Shown: one piece after another, positions 37,776 to 50,602 of the stretch
How the letters are laid out: each line of letters opens with the position of its first letter
How positions within the stretch are numbered: the first letter of the stretch is position 1
Source of the DNA: Nemertoderma westbladi
Taxonomy: Eukaryota > Animalia > Xenacoelomorpha
Assembly (NCBI GenBank): GCA_032718475.1
Contig: JAUCBJ010008070.1
Coordinates: 1 to 64,000, forward strand
Length of the DNA stretch: 64,000 nt
Direction of reading: 5' to 3'
Notes under the pieces: generated by a model
What the model saw: the letters and a program-made list of their open reading frames with translations, nothing else
What the model was told of the DNA's origin: nothing
Databases searched by the model: none
Program-made: the position numbers and the translations under genes

Positions 37776-38097
37776 TCTGTACAATCTGATCAGGTTTACA
37801 CGCCTTCTGTTCAATACTGGCTTACAAATAAATAAAACTTGACAGAAATAAGTAAAATCTCAATAGAAAATCAGGGCGGCCGTTCCCTGATTAAGTACTA
37901 AGACCTACCGGTATATAATTATCAAAATCGAATAATACTGCTGTACCTGTACTGCTGTAGGTACCGGTCCGGGTGGTTAGGTAGTCAGGCCTACTGGTAC
38001 CGGTTCTGGCAATTGGGCCTACTGACCTACAGATGTACCGGTTGACCGGTACTTTCAACTTTATTGCTTACTGCAACAAAGAAGCTATATCCTTTAA

Positions 38098-39341
38098 TGT
38101 TCGCGCTTTCAGACCTTTGGCAGTTTAACCCACCAAATTAAGATGTCTTCTAGATATTAAATCAGTTTTTAGTCTATGACACGTATTTGATTCACTACAC
38201 TAGTCGAAACCAATCCGTGCGCGACCATTCACCCGCTGGATATTCCCGGGAGATTGGGTTCGACGGTTTAATTTTGTTGCTATGTAAGCCTAATGTATTA
38301 TTCGACTGACAGTATTATATAATCTCTGACAATATTATTTACCTTCGGGAATATTAACAGTTCCTTTAGGACGTGGCGCTTTAACTATATAAACAGAGTT
38401 ATGACTTAAACTACTCACAACGATATGGCTTAATTATAATTCACATATATGGCGCATTCTTTAGGAATTGCTTCTTTAACAGACTCACTCATACACAATG
38501 CTGCACAATACTGCACACTAATCTGCCAATCTTCACTGATTTTAGTCACATATAAAAGGAACACAGGCTGACTCATGTAGGGTCTATCAAATAACATTGG
38601 ATTCACTTCAAACCACTTCAACATAAGTCACAATCGTTTATCTGTAACCCTTCTCTCCTTACCTTCGGTATATCAAGAACATTGGGTTTCGGGGTTGTTT
38701 ATCGTTATTCCAAATATAATAATTCATCAACCATATTATGAAGAACTGACCGCAAATAGCAGTATAAAACAACAACTGAACACTGATTGTTACGAGTTTG
38801 CAATGTTTCAGCAGTCAGGATGTATGATCAGTTAGCAGTAGTCTTTAGGTATGTTAAATTGCAGTTAAAGGATATATGCCCTTTATAATTAAACCTACTA
38901 GTGTACGACTAAAACAGTAAAGCACAAAATACTTCCAAGCCGTTCTTTCTTTGGCTCAAGACTGAATGTAAACACTGCACATAGGCATTGCGTCATTTCT
39001 CGGAAATTTTCTGTACAAGGAGCCACAAAAACGCTCTCATTGGCTGACTGAACTGAGAGACGCCGTAGAACAAAGGAAATCAACACGTATGAATGTCAGC
39101 TGTTAACCGTAGTCATAGTAACTACTGTTCAAGAGTAGCTATCACCCCTTTGCGTCACGAATTGCCATAGAATCATAAAATATGCCTTTCACAGTACACA
39201 TACGGAGGAAATAGGTCTTAGATCCTCTAAAAACACCGATACAGCAATAATACGGTCTCTTACACTTATTAAATCAACTACAGAGTATTTTAATGTAAAA
39301 GATAATAAAAATAACGGGGCAATTCAGCAAAGGCTTTTACA
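38098..39341 (-). repeat. BEL/Pao 5' LTR (1244 bp)
   Basis: Direct repeat of 26854-28096, upstream of the minus-strand ORF. Confidence 0.96.
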
Positions 39342-39971
39342 TAGGTATTGGTTGGACTGTAGAAACATATAACTGTTGCCTTGGGATTCCCATCAAATGT
39401 TGCGATCATAACCCTGGAATTTATAGATTCGATGTTGTTTTGTGTCTTAAGTGCAAATGCTTAGCAGAATTCCTACTCCACCAATTGATGCATTGGCCGA
39501 GTTTCTTACTGCTGAGCTTGTTACTAACGTCCATCCATTTCCAATGTCATTGTACTTCATGGCAGTGTCTTCATGACAAATGCGATGTTCTTGGATGCAG
39601 ATGATGTCGATGTTATATTCCATTGCCAGAGCGACCATGTCACCCTGTTTGCTATGTGCTTTCAGTGTGCGTGCGTTCATTGTAGCAGTCTTTAGTGTCT
39701 TTTTACATTTCAACAGGTTGGTTCTTCTTTCTTCTCTGTTTTCTGTTCCAGTAGCCAATTTATAGACCAGAGCCTGGTGTACCACTGAGGGACGCGGTCC
39801 TTGTTGACACGGGTGACGACCGAGCCGGGACTGAGACGACCTTTCCCTTAATGTTTTAAATTAAATTTAGTTTTTAACTAAATTTAACTAAACAAATATT
39901 TGGTGCATGTGATCATCTTGCGCCCATAACTCATTTTGACACAAACTTATATATGTTTAGCAATATGTGCT

Positions 39972-42900
39972 TCATTTTGTATTACTGTCATTGTCATTAG
40001 GCCCTCGGTACTACACTGGCTGTAGCAGCATTTAGTATTACTGTTATTAGGCCCTCGGTACTACACTGACCGTAGCAGCATTTTGTATTACTGTTATTAG
40101 GCCCTCGGTACTACACTGACTGTAGCAGGATTTTGTATTACTGTTATTAGGCCCTCGGTACTACAACACTGGCCGTAGCAGCATTTAGTATTGCTGTTAT
40201 TAGGCCCTCGATACTACACTCTAGCCGTAGCAGCATTTTGTGTAACTGTTATTAGGCCCTCGGTACTACACTGGTTGTAGCAGCATTTTGTATTACTGTT
40301 ATTAGGCCCTCGGTACTACACTGGTTGTAGCAGCATTTTGTATTACTGTTATTAGGCCCTCGGTACTTCACTGGCTGTAGCAGCATTTTGTATTACTGTT
40401 ATTAGGCCCTCGGACTACAACACTGGCCGTAGCAGCATTTAGTATTGCTGTTATTAGGCCCTCGGTACTACAACACTGGCCGTAGCAGCATTTTGTACTG
40501 TATTACTGCTGTACTGTTATTAGGCCCTCCGGTACTACACTGGCCGTAGCAGCATTTTGTATTACTGTTATTAGGCCCTCGGTACTACACTGACAGTAGC
40601 AGCATTTTGTATTACTGTTATTAGGCCCTCGGTACTACACTGACCGTAGCAGCATTTTGTATTACTGTTATTAGGCCCTCGGCACTACACTGACCGTAGC
40701 AGCATTTTGTATTACTGTTATTAGGCCCTCGGTACTAAAACATTGGCCGTAGCAGCATTTGGTATTACTGTTATTTAGGCCCTCGGTACTACACTGGTTG
40801 TAGCAGCATTTTGTATTACTGTTATTAGGCCCTCGGTACTACACTGGTTGTAGCAGCATTTTGTATTACTGTTATTAGGCCCTCGGTACTTCACTGGCTG
40901 TAGCAGCATTTTGTATTACTGTTATTAGGCCCTCGGTTCTACACTGGCCGTAGCAGCATTTAGTATTACTGTTATTAGGCCCTCGGTACTTCACTGGCTG
41001 TAGCAGCATTTTGTATTACTGTTATTAGGCCCGCGGTACTACACTGGCCGTAGCAGCATTTTGTATTACTGTTATTAGGCCCTCGGTACTACAACACTGG
41101 CCGTAGCAGCATTTAGTATTACTGTTATTAGGCCCTCGGTACTACAACACTGGCCGTAGCAGCATTTAGTATTACTGTTATTAGGCCCTCGGTACTACAA
41201 CACTGGCCGTAGCAGCATTTTGTATTACTGTTATTAGGCCCTCGGTACTACAAGACTGGCCGTAGCAGCATTTAGTATTACTGTTATTAGCCCCTCGGTA
41301 CTTCACTGGCTGTAGCAGCATTTTGTATTACTGTTATTAGGCCCTCGGACTACAACACTGGCCGTAGCAGCATTTAGTATTGCTGTTATTAGGCCCTCGG
41401 TACTACAACACTGGCCGTAGCAGCATTTTGTACTGTATTACTGCTGTACTGTTATTAGGCCCTCCGGTACTACACTGGCCGTAGCAGCATTTTGTATTAC
41501 TGTTATTAGGCCCTCGGTACTACACTGACAGTAGCAGCATTTTGTATTACTGTTATTAGGCCCTCGGTACTACACTGACCGTAGCAGCATTTTGTATTAC
41601 TGTTATTAGGCCCTCGGCACTACACTGACCGTAGCAGCATTTTGTATTACTGTTATTAGGCCCTCGGTACTAAAACATTGGCCGTAGCAGCATTTGGTAT
41701 TACTGTTATTTAGGCCCTCGGTACTACAACACTGGCCGTAGCAGCATTTTGTATTACTGTTATTAGGCCCTCGGTACTACACTGACCGTAGCAGCATTTT
41801 GTATTACTGTTATTAGGCCCTCGGTACTAAAACACTGGCCGTAGCAGCATTTGGTATTACTGTTTTTTAGGCCCTCGGTACTACAACACTGGCCGTAGCA
41901 GCATTTGGTATTACTGTTATTTAGGCCCTCGGTACTACAACACTGGCTGTAGCAGCATTTGGTATTACTGTTATTAGGCCATCGGTACTACAACCCTGGC
42001 CAGAGCAGCATTTTGTATTACTGTTATTAGGCCCTCGGACTACAACACTGGCCGTAGCAGCATTTAGTATTACTGTTATTTAGGCCCTCGGTACTACAAC
42101 ACTGGCCGTAGCAGCATTTTGTATTACTGTTATTAGGCCATCGGTACTACAACACTGGCCGTAGCAGCATTTTGTATTACTGTTATTAGGCCCTCGGTAC
42201 TACACTGGCTGTAGCAGCATTTTGTATTACTGTTATTACGTCCTTGGTACTACACTGACCGTAGCAGCATTTTGTATTACTGTTATTAGGCCCTCGGTAC
42301 TACACTGGCCGTAGCAGCATTTTGTATTACTGTTATTAGGCCCTCGGTACTACACTGACCGTAGCAGCATTTTGTATTACTGTTATTAGGCCCTCGGTAC
42401 TACAACACTGACCGTAGCAGCATTTTGTATTACTGTTATTAGGCCCTCGGTACTACACTGACTGTAGCAGCATTTTGTATTACTGTTATTAGGCCCTCGG
42501 TACTACAACACTGGCCGTATCAGCATTTGGTATTACTGTTATTTAGGCCGTCGGTACTACAACACTGGCCGTAGCAGCATTTTGTATTACTGTTATTAGG
42601 TCCTCGGTACTACAACACTGGCCAGAGCAGCATTTTGTATTACTGTTATTAGGCCCTCGGTACTACAACACTGGCCGTGGCAGCATTTTGTATTACTTTT
42701 ATTAGGCACTCGGTACAACAACACTGGCCGTAGCAGCATTTTGTATTACTGTTATTAGGCCCTCGGTACGTTACTACACTGGCCGTAGCAGCATTTTGTA
42801 CTGTATTACTGCTGTACTGTTATTAGGCCCTCCGGTACTACACTGACCGTAGCAGCATTTTGTATTACTGTTATTAAGCCCTCGGTACTACACTGGCCGT

Positions 42901-43012
42901 AGCAGCATTTTGTATTACTGTTATTAGGCCCTCGGTACTACACTGACCGTAGCAGCATTTTGTATTACTGTTATTAGGCTCTCGGTACTACACTGGCCGT
43001 AGCAGCATTTTG
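39972..43012. repeat. 50-bp minisatellite B (53-bp variants), ~60 copies
   Basis: Unit TATTACTGTTATTAGGCCCTCGGTACTACACTGGCCGTAGCAGCATTTTG; period 50 at 40261/40311. Confidence 0.97.
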
Positions 43013-43122
43013 GTACAAATTTTAACATAACTTTACAAAACAAGTTGAATTTTGTAACCGTAACATATGGGGACCCAATTTAAGTCAATAAAACACATCG
43101 ATCCTGGAGACGGTTACTGGAA

Positions 43123-43135
43123 GTTGCCCAGCAAC
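43123..43135. promoter_or_regulatory. Candidate RFX X-box upstream of LRP2BP
   Basis: GTTGCC-C-AGCAAC fits GTNRCC(N0-3)RGYAAC and lies ~330 bp upstream of the ATG. Confidence 0.5.
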
Positions 43136-43465
43136 CATTCACACAATAACAATGAAATTGTTATTCTACTAGCACTAGCTAAATTATCAGCTGATTAGAT
43201 GTTGGCAATAATATATCAATCTAAGGTATATTTAATCTTTAATTGAGTCGTGTAATTAAATAATTATTATCTTGTTAATTTTATGCGGTAAGTTAGAACA
43301 GTTTTCGTATTAATTAAAATAATATCATCTACCAGCTGGAGTTTGCGAGAAGCGAATGATATTTTGGGAAACGATATGGTTTTTAAGTAGTTTACTGTTG
43401 TTGATGTCTGTCTGACCAATATATATAGGCCTATGAGTTAAGTGTTTATTCTTCCATCATCAACT

Positions 43466-43517
43466 ATGGAGGCGGAATTAAGTGTGGAGCCATTACCTAG
43501 AAAAACATTAATTCACG
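43466..43517 (+). CDS. LRP2BP: LRP2-binding protein-like gene, coding exon 1
   Basis: MEAELSVEPLPRKTLIH resembles vertebrate MKLTSEKLPK. Strong donor G|GTAAGT; phase 1 matches the next exon (G+AC = Asp). Confidence 0.7.
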
Positions 43518-43774
43518 GTAAGTATTCGGTAACAGTATTTCCCATCAAATAAGTTAAGCATTTATTCACTAAAATATATATGTTTAGATACTTTGATTAT
43601 AAAGAGACTGCAATCGGTAGTTAGGTGATATGTCGATGTCCCGCAGATATTGTTTTATATATAGTACCACCTCGCATTGATGGATGGGCCTTTATCTGCT
43701 GGAAAGGCAGTATGGTTGTCATCAATAAAACGACTGATGCCAATCTGGCATGATTGCGAATTTTACAGAATCCC

Positions 43775-46700
43775 CCTTTCCTCTCTACTGGAGACAAGTC
43801 AAAGGGTAACCCGAATGCTCCTCTCTACCTGAGTCAACCCGAAGGCTCATCTCTACAGAAGGCAACCCGAAGGCTCCTCTCTACCAGAGGCAACCCGAAG
43901 GCTCATATCTACTGGAGGCAACCCGAAGGCTCCTCTCTAAAGAAGGCAACCCGAAGGCTCCTCTCTACTGAAGGTAACCCGAAGGCTCCTCTCTACAGAA
44001 GGCAACCTAAGGCTCCTCTACTGGAGGCAACCCGAAGGCTCCTCAACAGGAAGCAACCCGAAGGCTCTTCTCAAGAGGAAGCAACCCGAAGGATCCTCTC
44101 TACCGGAGGCAACCTGAAGGCTCTTCTCAACAGGAAGCAACCCGAAGGCTCCTCTCTACTGGAGACAACCCGAAGGCTCCTCTCTACAGGAGGCAACCCG
44201 AAGGCTCCTGTCTAGAGGAGGCAACCCAATGGATCCTCTCTACAGGAGGCGACCCGATGGCTCCTCTCTACTGGAGGCAACCCGAAAGCTCCTCTTTACC
44301 GAGGCAACCCGAAGGATCCTCTCTGCAGGAGGCAACCCGAAGGCTCCTGTCTAGAGGAGGCAACCCAAAGTTTAATTTCTACCGGATTTAACCCGAAGAC
44401 TCCTCTCTACTGGAGGCAACCCGAAGGCTCGTCTCTACAGGAGGCAACCTGAAAGCTCCTCTCTACTGGAGGCAACCTGAAGGCTCCTCTCTACAGGAGA
44501 CAAACACGAAGGCTCCTGTCTACAGGAGGCAACCCGAAGGCTCCTCTCTACTGGAGGCAACACGAAAGCTCCTCTCTACAGGAGGCAAACCTGAGGGTTC
44601 ATTTCTACCGGATGCAACCTAAAGACTCCTCTCTACTGGAGGCAAACCGAAGGCTCCTCCATACAGGAGGCAACCCGAAGGCTCCTCTCTACCGGCTAGG
44701 CAGCCCGAAGGCTCCTCTCTACCGGAGGCAGCCCGAAGGCTCCTCTCTACCGGAGGCAACCTGAAGGCTCTTCTCTACCGGAGGCAGCCCGAAGGCTCCT
44801 CTCTACCGGAGGCAACCCGAAGGCTCATCTCTACCGGGGGCAACCCGAAGGCTCCTCTCGTTTCGAGGTAACCCGAATGCTCCTCTCTACCGGAGGCAAC
44901 CCGAAGGCTCCTCTCTACCGGAGGCACCCGACTCTCTACAGGATGCAACACGAAGGCTCCTCTCTACCAGAGGCAACCCGAAGGCTCCTCTCTACCGGAG
45001 GCAACCCGAAGGCTCCTCTGTACTGGAGGCAACCCGAAGGCTCCTCTCTACCGGATGCAACCCGAAGGCTCCTCTCTTTTCGAGGTAACCCGAAGGCTCC
45101 TCTCTACTGGAGGCAACCAAAAGGCTCCTCTCTACTGGAGGCAACCCGAAGGCTCCTCTCTACTGGAGGCAACCCGAAGGCTCCTTTCTACCAGAGGCAG
45201 CCCGAAGGCTCCTCTCTACTGGAGGCAACCCGAAGGCTCCTCTCTACAGGAGGCAGCCCGAAGGCTCCTCTCTACCGGAGGCAACCCGAAGGCTCATCTC
45301 TACCGGGGGCAACCCGAAGGCTCCTCTCGTTTCGAGGTAACCCGAATGATCCTCTCTACCGGAGGCACCCGACTCTCTACAAGATGCAACACGAAGGCTC
45401 CTCTCTACCAGAGGCAACCCGAAGGCTCCTCTCTACTGGAGGCAACCCAAAGGCTCCTCTCTACTGGAGGCAACCCGAAGGCTCCTCTCTACTGGAGGCA
45501 ACCCGAAGGCTCCTCTCTTTTCGAGGTAACCCGAAGGCTCCTCTCTACTGGAGCAACCCGAAGGCTCCTCTCTACTGGAGGCAACCCGAAGGTTCCTCTC
45601 TACCGGATGCAACCCGAAGGCTCCTCTCCTTTCGAGGTAACACGAAGGCTCCTCTCTACTGGAGGCAACCCGAAGGCTCCTCTCTACTGGAGGCAACCGG
45701 AAGGCTGCTCTCTATAGGAGGCAATCCGACGGCTCCTCTCTATAGGAGGCAACCCGACGGCTCCTCTCTATATGAGGCAACCCGAAGGCTCTTCTCTACC
45801 GGAGTCAACCCGGAGGCTCCTCTCTATCGGGGGTTACCCGAAGGCTCCTTTCTAAATGAGGCAACCCGAAGGCTCCTCTCTACTGGAGGCAACCCGAAGG
45901 CTCCTCTCTGTAGGAGGCTTCCTGAAGGCTCCTCTCTATATGTGGCAACCCGGAGGCTCCTCTCTACCGGAGGCAACCTGAAGGCTCCTCTCTACAGAAG
46001 GCAACCCGGAAGCTCTTCTCTACCGGAGGCAACCCGGAGGCTCCTCTCTACTGGAGGCAACCCGGAGGCTCCTCTCTACTGGAGGCAACCCGGAGGCTCC
46101 TCTCTACAGAAGGCAACCCGGAAGCTCTTCTATACCGGAGGCAACCCGGAGGCTCCTCTCTACTGGAGGCAACCCGGAGGCTCCTCTCTACTGGAGGCAA
46201 CCCGAAGGCTCTTCTCTACCGGAGGCAACCCAGAGGCTCCTCTCTACTGGAGACAACCCGGAGGCTCCTCTCTACTGGAGGCAACCCGAAGGCTCCTCTC
46301 TACTGGAGGCAACACGAAAGCTCCTCTCTACAGGAGGCAAACCTGAGGGTTCATTTCTACCGGATGCAACCTAAAGACTCCTCTCTACTGGAGGCAAACC
46401 GAAGGCTCCTCCATACAGGAGGCAACCCGAAGGCTCCTCTCTACCGGCTAGGCAGCCCGAAGGCTCCTCTCTACCGGAGGCAGCCCGAAGGCTCCTCTCT
46501 ACCGGAGGCAACCTGAAGGCTCTTCTCTACCGGAGGCAGCCCGAAGGCTCCTCTCTACCGGAGGCAACCCGAAGGCTCATCTCTACCGGGGGCAACCCGA
46601 AGGCTCCTCTCGTTTCGAGGTAACCCGAATGCTCCTCTCTACCGGAGGCAACCCGAAGGCTCCTCTCTACCGGAGGCACCCGACTCTCTACAGGATGCAA

Positions 46701-49570
46701 CACGAAGGCTCCTCTCTACCAGAGGCAACCCGAAGGCTCCTCTCTACCGGAGGCAACCCGAAGGCTCCTCTGTACTGGAGGCAACCCGAAGGCTCCTCTC
46801 TACCGGATGCAACCCGAAGGCTCCTCTCTTTTCGAGGTAACCCGAAGGCTCCTCTCTACTGGAGGCAACCAAAAGGCTCCTCTCTACTGGAGGCAACCCG
46901 AAGGCTCCTCTCTACTGGAGGCAACCCGAAGGCTCCTTTCTACCAGAGGCAGCCCGAAGGCTCCTCTCTACTGGAGGCAACCCGAAGGCTCCTCTCTACA
47001 GGAGGCAGCCCGAAGGCTCCTCTCTACCGGAGGCAACCCGAAGGCTCATCTCTACCGGGGGCAACCCGAAGGCTCCTCTCGTTTCGAGGTAACCCGAATG
47101 ATCCTCTCTACCGGAGGCACCCGACTCTCTACAAGATGCAACACGAAGGCTCCTCTCTACCAGAGGCAACCCGAAGGCTCCTCTCTACTGGAGGCAACCC
47201 AAAGGCTCCTCTCTACTGGAGGCAACCCGAAGGCTCCTCTCTACTGGAGGCAACCCGAAGGCTCCTCTCTTTTCGAGGTAACCCGAAGGCTCCTCTCTAC
47301 TGGAGCAACCCGAAGGCTCCTCTCTACTGGAGGCAACCCGAAGGTTCCTCTCTACCGGATGCAACCCGAAGGCTCCTCTCCTTTCGAGGTAACACGAAGG
47401 CTCCTCTCTACTGGAGGCAACCCGAAGGCTCCTCTCTACTGGAGGCAACCGGAAGGCTGCTCTCTATAGGAGGCAATCCGACGGCTCCTCTCTATAGGAG
47501 GCAACCCGACGGCTCCTCTCTATATGAGGCAACCCGAAGGCTCTTCTCTACCGGAGTCAACCCGGAGGCTCCTCTCTATCGGGGGTTACCCGAAGGCTCC
47601 TTTCTAAATGAGGCAACCCGAAGGCTCCTCTCTACTGGAGGCAACCCGAAGGCTCCTCTCTGTAGGAGGCTTCCTGAAGGCTCCTCTCTATATGTGGCAA
47701 CCCGGAGGCTCCTCTCTACCGGAGGCAACCTGAAGGCTCCTCTCTACAGAAGGCAACCCGGAAGCTCTTCTCTACCGGAGGCAACCCGGAGGCTCCTCTC
47801 TACTGGAGGCAACCCGGAGGCTCCTCTCTACTGGAGGCAACCCGGAGGCTCCTCTCTACAGAAGGCAACCCGGAAGCTCTTCTATACCGGAGGCAACCCG
47901 GAGGCTCCTCTCTACTGGAGGCAACCCGGAGGCTCCTCTCTACTGGAGGCAACCCGAAGGCTCTTCTCTACCGGAGGCAACCCAGAGGCTCCTCTCTACT
48001 GGAGACAACCCGGAGGCTCCTCTCTACTGGAGGCAACCCGAAGGCTCCTCTCTACAGAAGGCAACCCGAAGGCTCCCCTCTACCGGAGGCAACCCGAAGG
48101 CTCCTCTCTACTGGTGGCAACCCCAAGGCTCCTCTCTACCGGAAGCAACCCGAAGGCTCCTTTCTAAATGTGGCAACCCGAAGGCTCCTCTCTACAGGAG
48201 GCAACCCGAAGGCTCCTCTCTACTGGAGGCAACCCGAAGGCTCCTCTCTACCGGAGGCAACCCGTAGGCTCCTCTCTACTGGAGGCAACCCAAAGGCTCC
48301 TCTATACTGGTGGTAACCCAAAGTATCCTCTCTATCGGAAGCAACCCGAAGGCTCCTCTCTACTGGAGGCAACCCGAAGGCTCCTCTCTATAGGAGGCAA
48401 CCCGAAGGCTCCTCTCTACCGGAAGGAACACAAAGGCTCCTCACTACCGGAGGCAACCCAAAGGCTCCTCTCTACCGGTGGCAACCCAAAGGCTCCTCTC
48501 TATAGGAGGCAACCCGAAGGCTCCTCACTACCGGAGGCAACCCGAAGGCTCCTCACTACCGGAGGCAACCCAAAGGCTCCTCTCTACCGGTGGCAACCCA
48601 AAGGCTCCTCTCTACTGGAGGCAACACGAATGCTCCTCTCTACTGGAGGCAACCCGAAGGCTCATCTCTACTGGAGGCAACCCGAAGGCTCCTCTGTACA
48701 GGAGGCAACCCGAAGGCTCCTCTCTACCGGAGGCACCCGACTCTCTACAGGATGCAACACGAAGGCTCCTCTCTACCAGAGGCAACCCGAAGGCTCCTCT
48801 CTACCGGAGGCAACCCGAAGGCTCCTCTGTACTGGAGGCAACCCGAAGGCTCCTCTCTACCGGATGCAACCCGAAGGCTCCTCTCTTTTCGATGTAACCC
48901 GAAGGCACATCTCTACTGGAGGCAACCCATAGGCTCCTCTCTACTGGAGGCAACCCGAAGGCTCCTCTCTACTGGAGGCAACCCGAAGGCTCCTCTCTTT
49001 TCGAGGTAACCCGAAGGGTCCTCTCTACTGGAGGCAACCCGAATGCTCCTCTCTACTGGAGGCAACCCGAAGGCTCATCTCTACTGGAGGCAACCAGAAG
49101 GCTCCTCTCTACCGGAGGCAACCGGTAGGCTACTCTCTACTGGAGGCAACCCAAAGGCTCCTCTCTACCGGTGGCAACCCAAAGGCTCCTCTCTACTGGA
49201 GGCAACACGAATGCTCCTCTCTACTGGAGGCAACCCGAAGGCTCATCTCTACTGGAGGCAACCCGAAGGCTCCTCTCTACAGGAGGCAACCCGAAGGCTC
49301 CTCTCTACCGGAGGCAACCCCAAGGCTCCACTCTACCGGAGGCAACCCGAAGGCTCCTCTCTACTGGAGGCAACCCGAAGGCTCCTCTACTGGAGGCAAC
49401 CCGAAGGCTCCTCTCTACAGGAGGCAACCCGAAGGCTCCTCTCTACTGGAGGCAACCCGAAGGGTCCTCTCTACAGGAGGCAACCCGAAGGCTCCTCTCT
49501 ACTGGAGGCAACCCGAAGGCTTCTCTCTACTGGAGGCCATTCGAAGGATCCTCTCTACCGGAGGAAACCC
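43775..49570. repeat. 28-bp minisatellite (~205 copies) in LRP2BP intron 1, with a 1752-bp higher-order duplication
   Basis: Unit CTCCTCTCTACTGGAGGCAACCCGAAGG; near-identical pseudo-ORFs start at 44877 and 46629. Confidence 0.97.
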
Positions 49571-49644
49571 ATTTATTTTCTTTAAATACGTAATTAAATT
49601 AAAATTGTTATTTACTATATAACTATATGTTTATTTAATCCTAG

Positions 49645-49787
49645 ACGAAATAAACAAAGAATATGACCTCACTGCAAGAACATTGGATCCAGATTCACTG
49701 GAAAGAATTGAACATAAAATTCTAGAAAAGATTGAAGGAGGGGATGAATATGCGAAGTTTCAACTTGGTCAACTATTTTTCGAACAG
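49645..49787 (+). CDS. LRP2BP: LRP2BP-like coding exon 2
   Basis: CCTAG acceptor and CAG|GTAAT donor. ..ILEKIEGGDEYAKFQLGQLFFEQ matches recalled LRP2BP [24 protein letters not shown]. Confidence 0.9.
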
Positions 49788-49971
49788 GTAATTTTCGAAC
49801 ATTTGAACAGTATCTATCTTTCATTAGTATCTATCTTCTCGGAGAAAATCAAAACAACAAGAAAGAAAATGTAATATAACTTACAAAAAACCTTCATGAA
49901 ACACTTTCTCTCGCTACTGGCTAATAAACTCGCTTCTCGCTAAATTCCACTTGCTACTCGAAGCTTTATAA

Positions 49972-50596
<625 letters not shown>

Positions 50597-50602
50597 TGAA
50601 AT

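Larger units (their letters stand above)
26854..39341 (-). mobile_element. BEL/Pao LTR retrotransposon, non-autonomous deletion derivative
   Basis: TGT..ACA LTRs, 5-bp TSD TAGGT (26849-26853, 39342-39346), PPT-like GGGAGCGG at 28097-28104 (minus strand), and a BEL-type Gag/protease ORF. Confidence 0.95.
21940..39839 (-). mobile_element. Decayed near-full-length RTE-type LINE split by nested insertions (own segments ~21940-23053, 24352-24375, 25384-26108, 26580-26853, 39347-39839)
   Basis: APE motifs (ATMNARTL, IQEHR, YSPTN, GSDH) and RT motifs (QNGFR, RSTIAQILALRRLIEG..FVDFKKAFDS, QGDTLAP, FADY) plus C-terminal RRLRFSGHCWR. (TAG)n tail at 21941-21955. Candidate TSD CCTTTCCCTT at 21930-21939 and 39840-39849. 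Many stops and frameshifts. Confidence 0.88.

Noticed and set aside
43754-49593. Long repetitive ORFs (up to 512 aa) as real genes
   Set aside because: The 28-bp period cycles through all frames, indels are frequent, and the region lies inside a phase-consistent intron.
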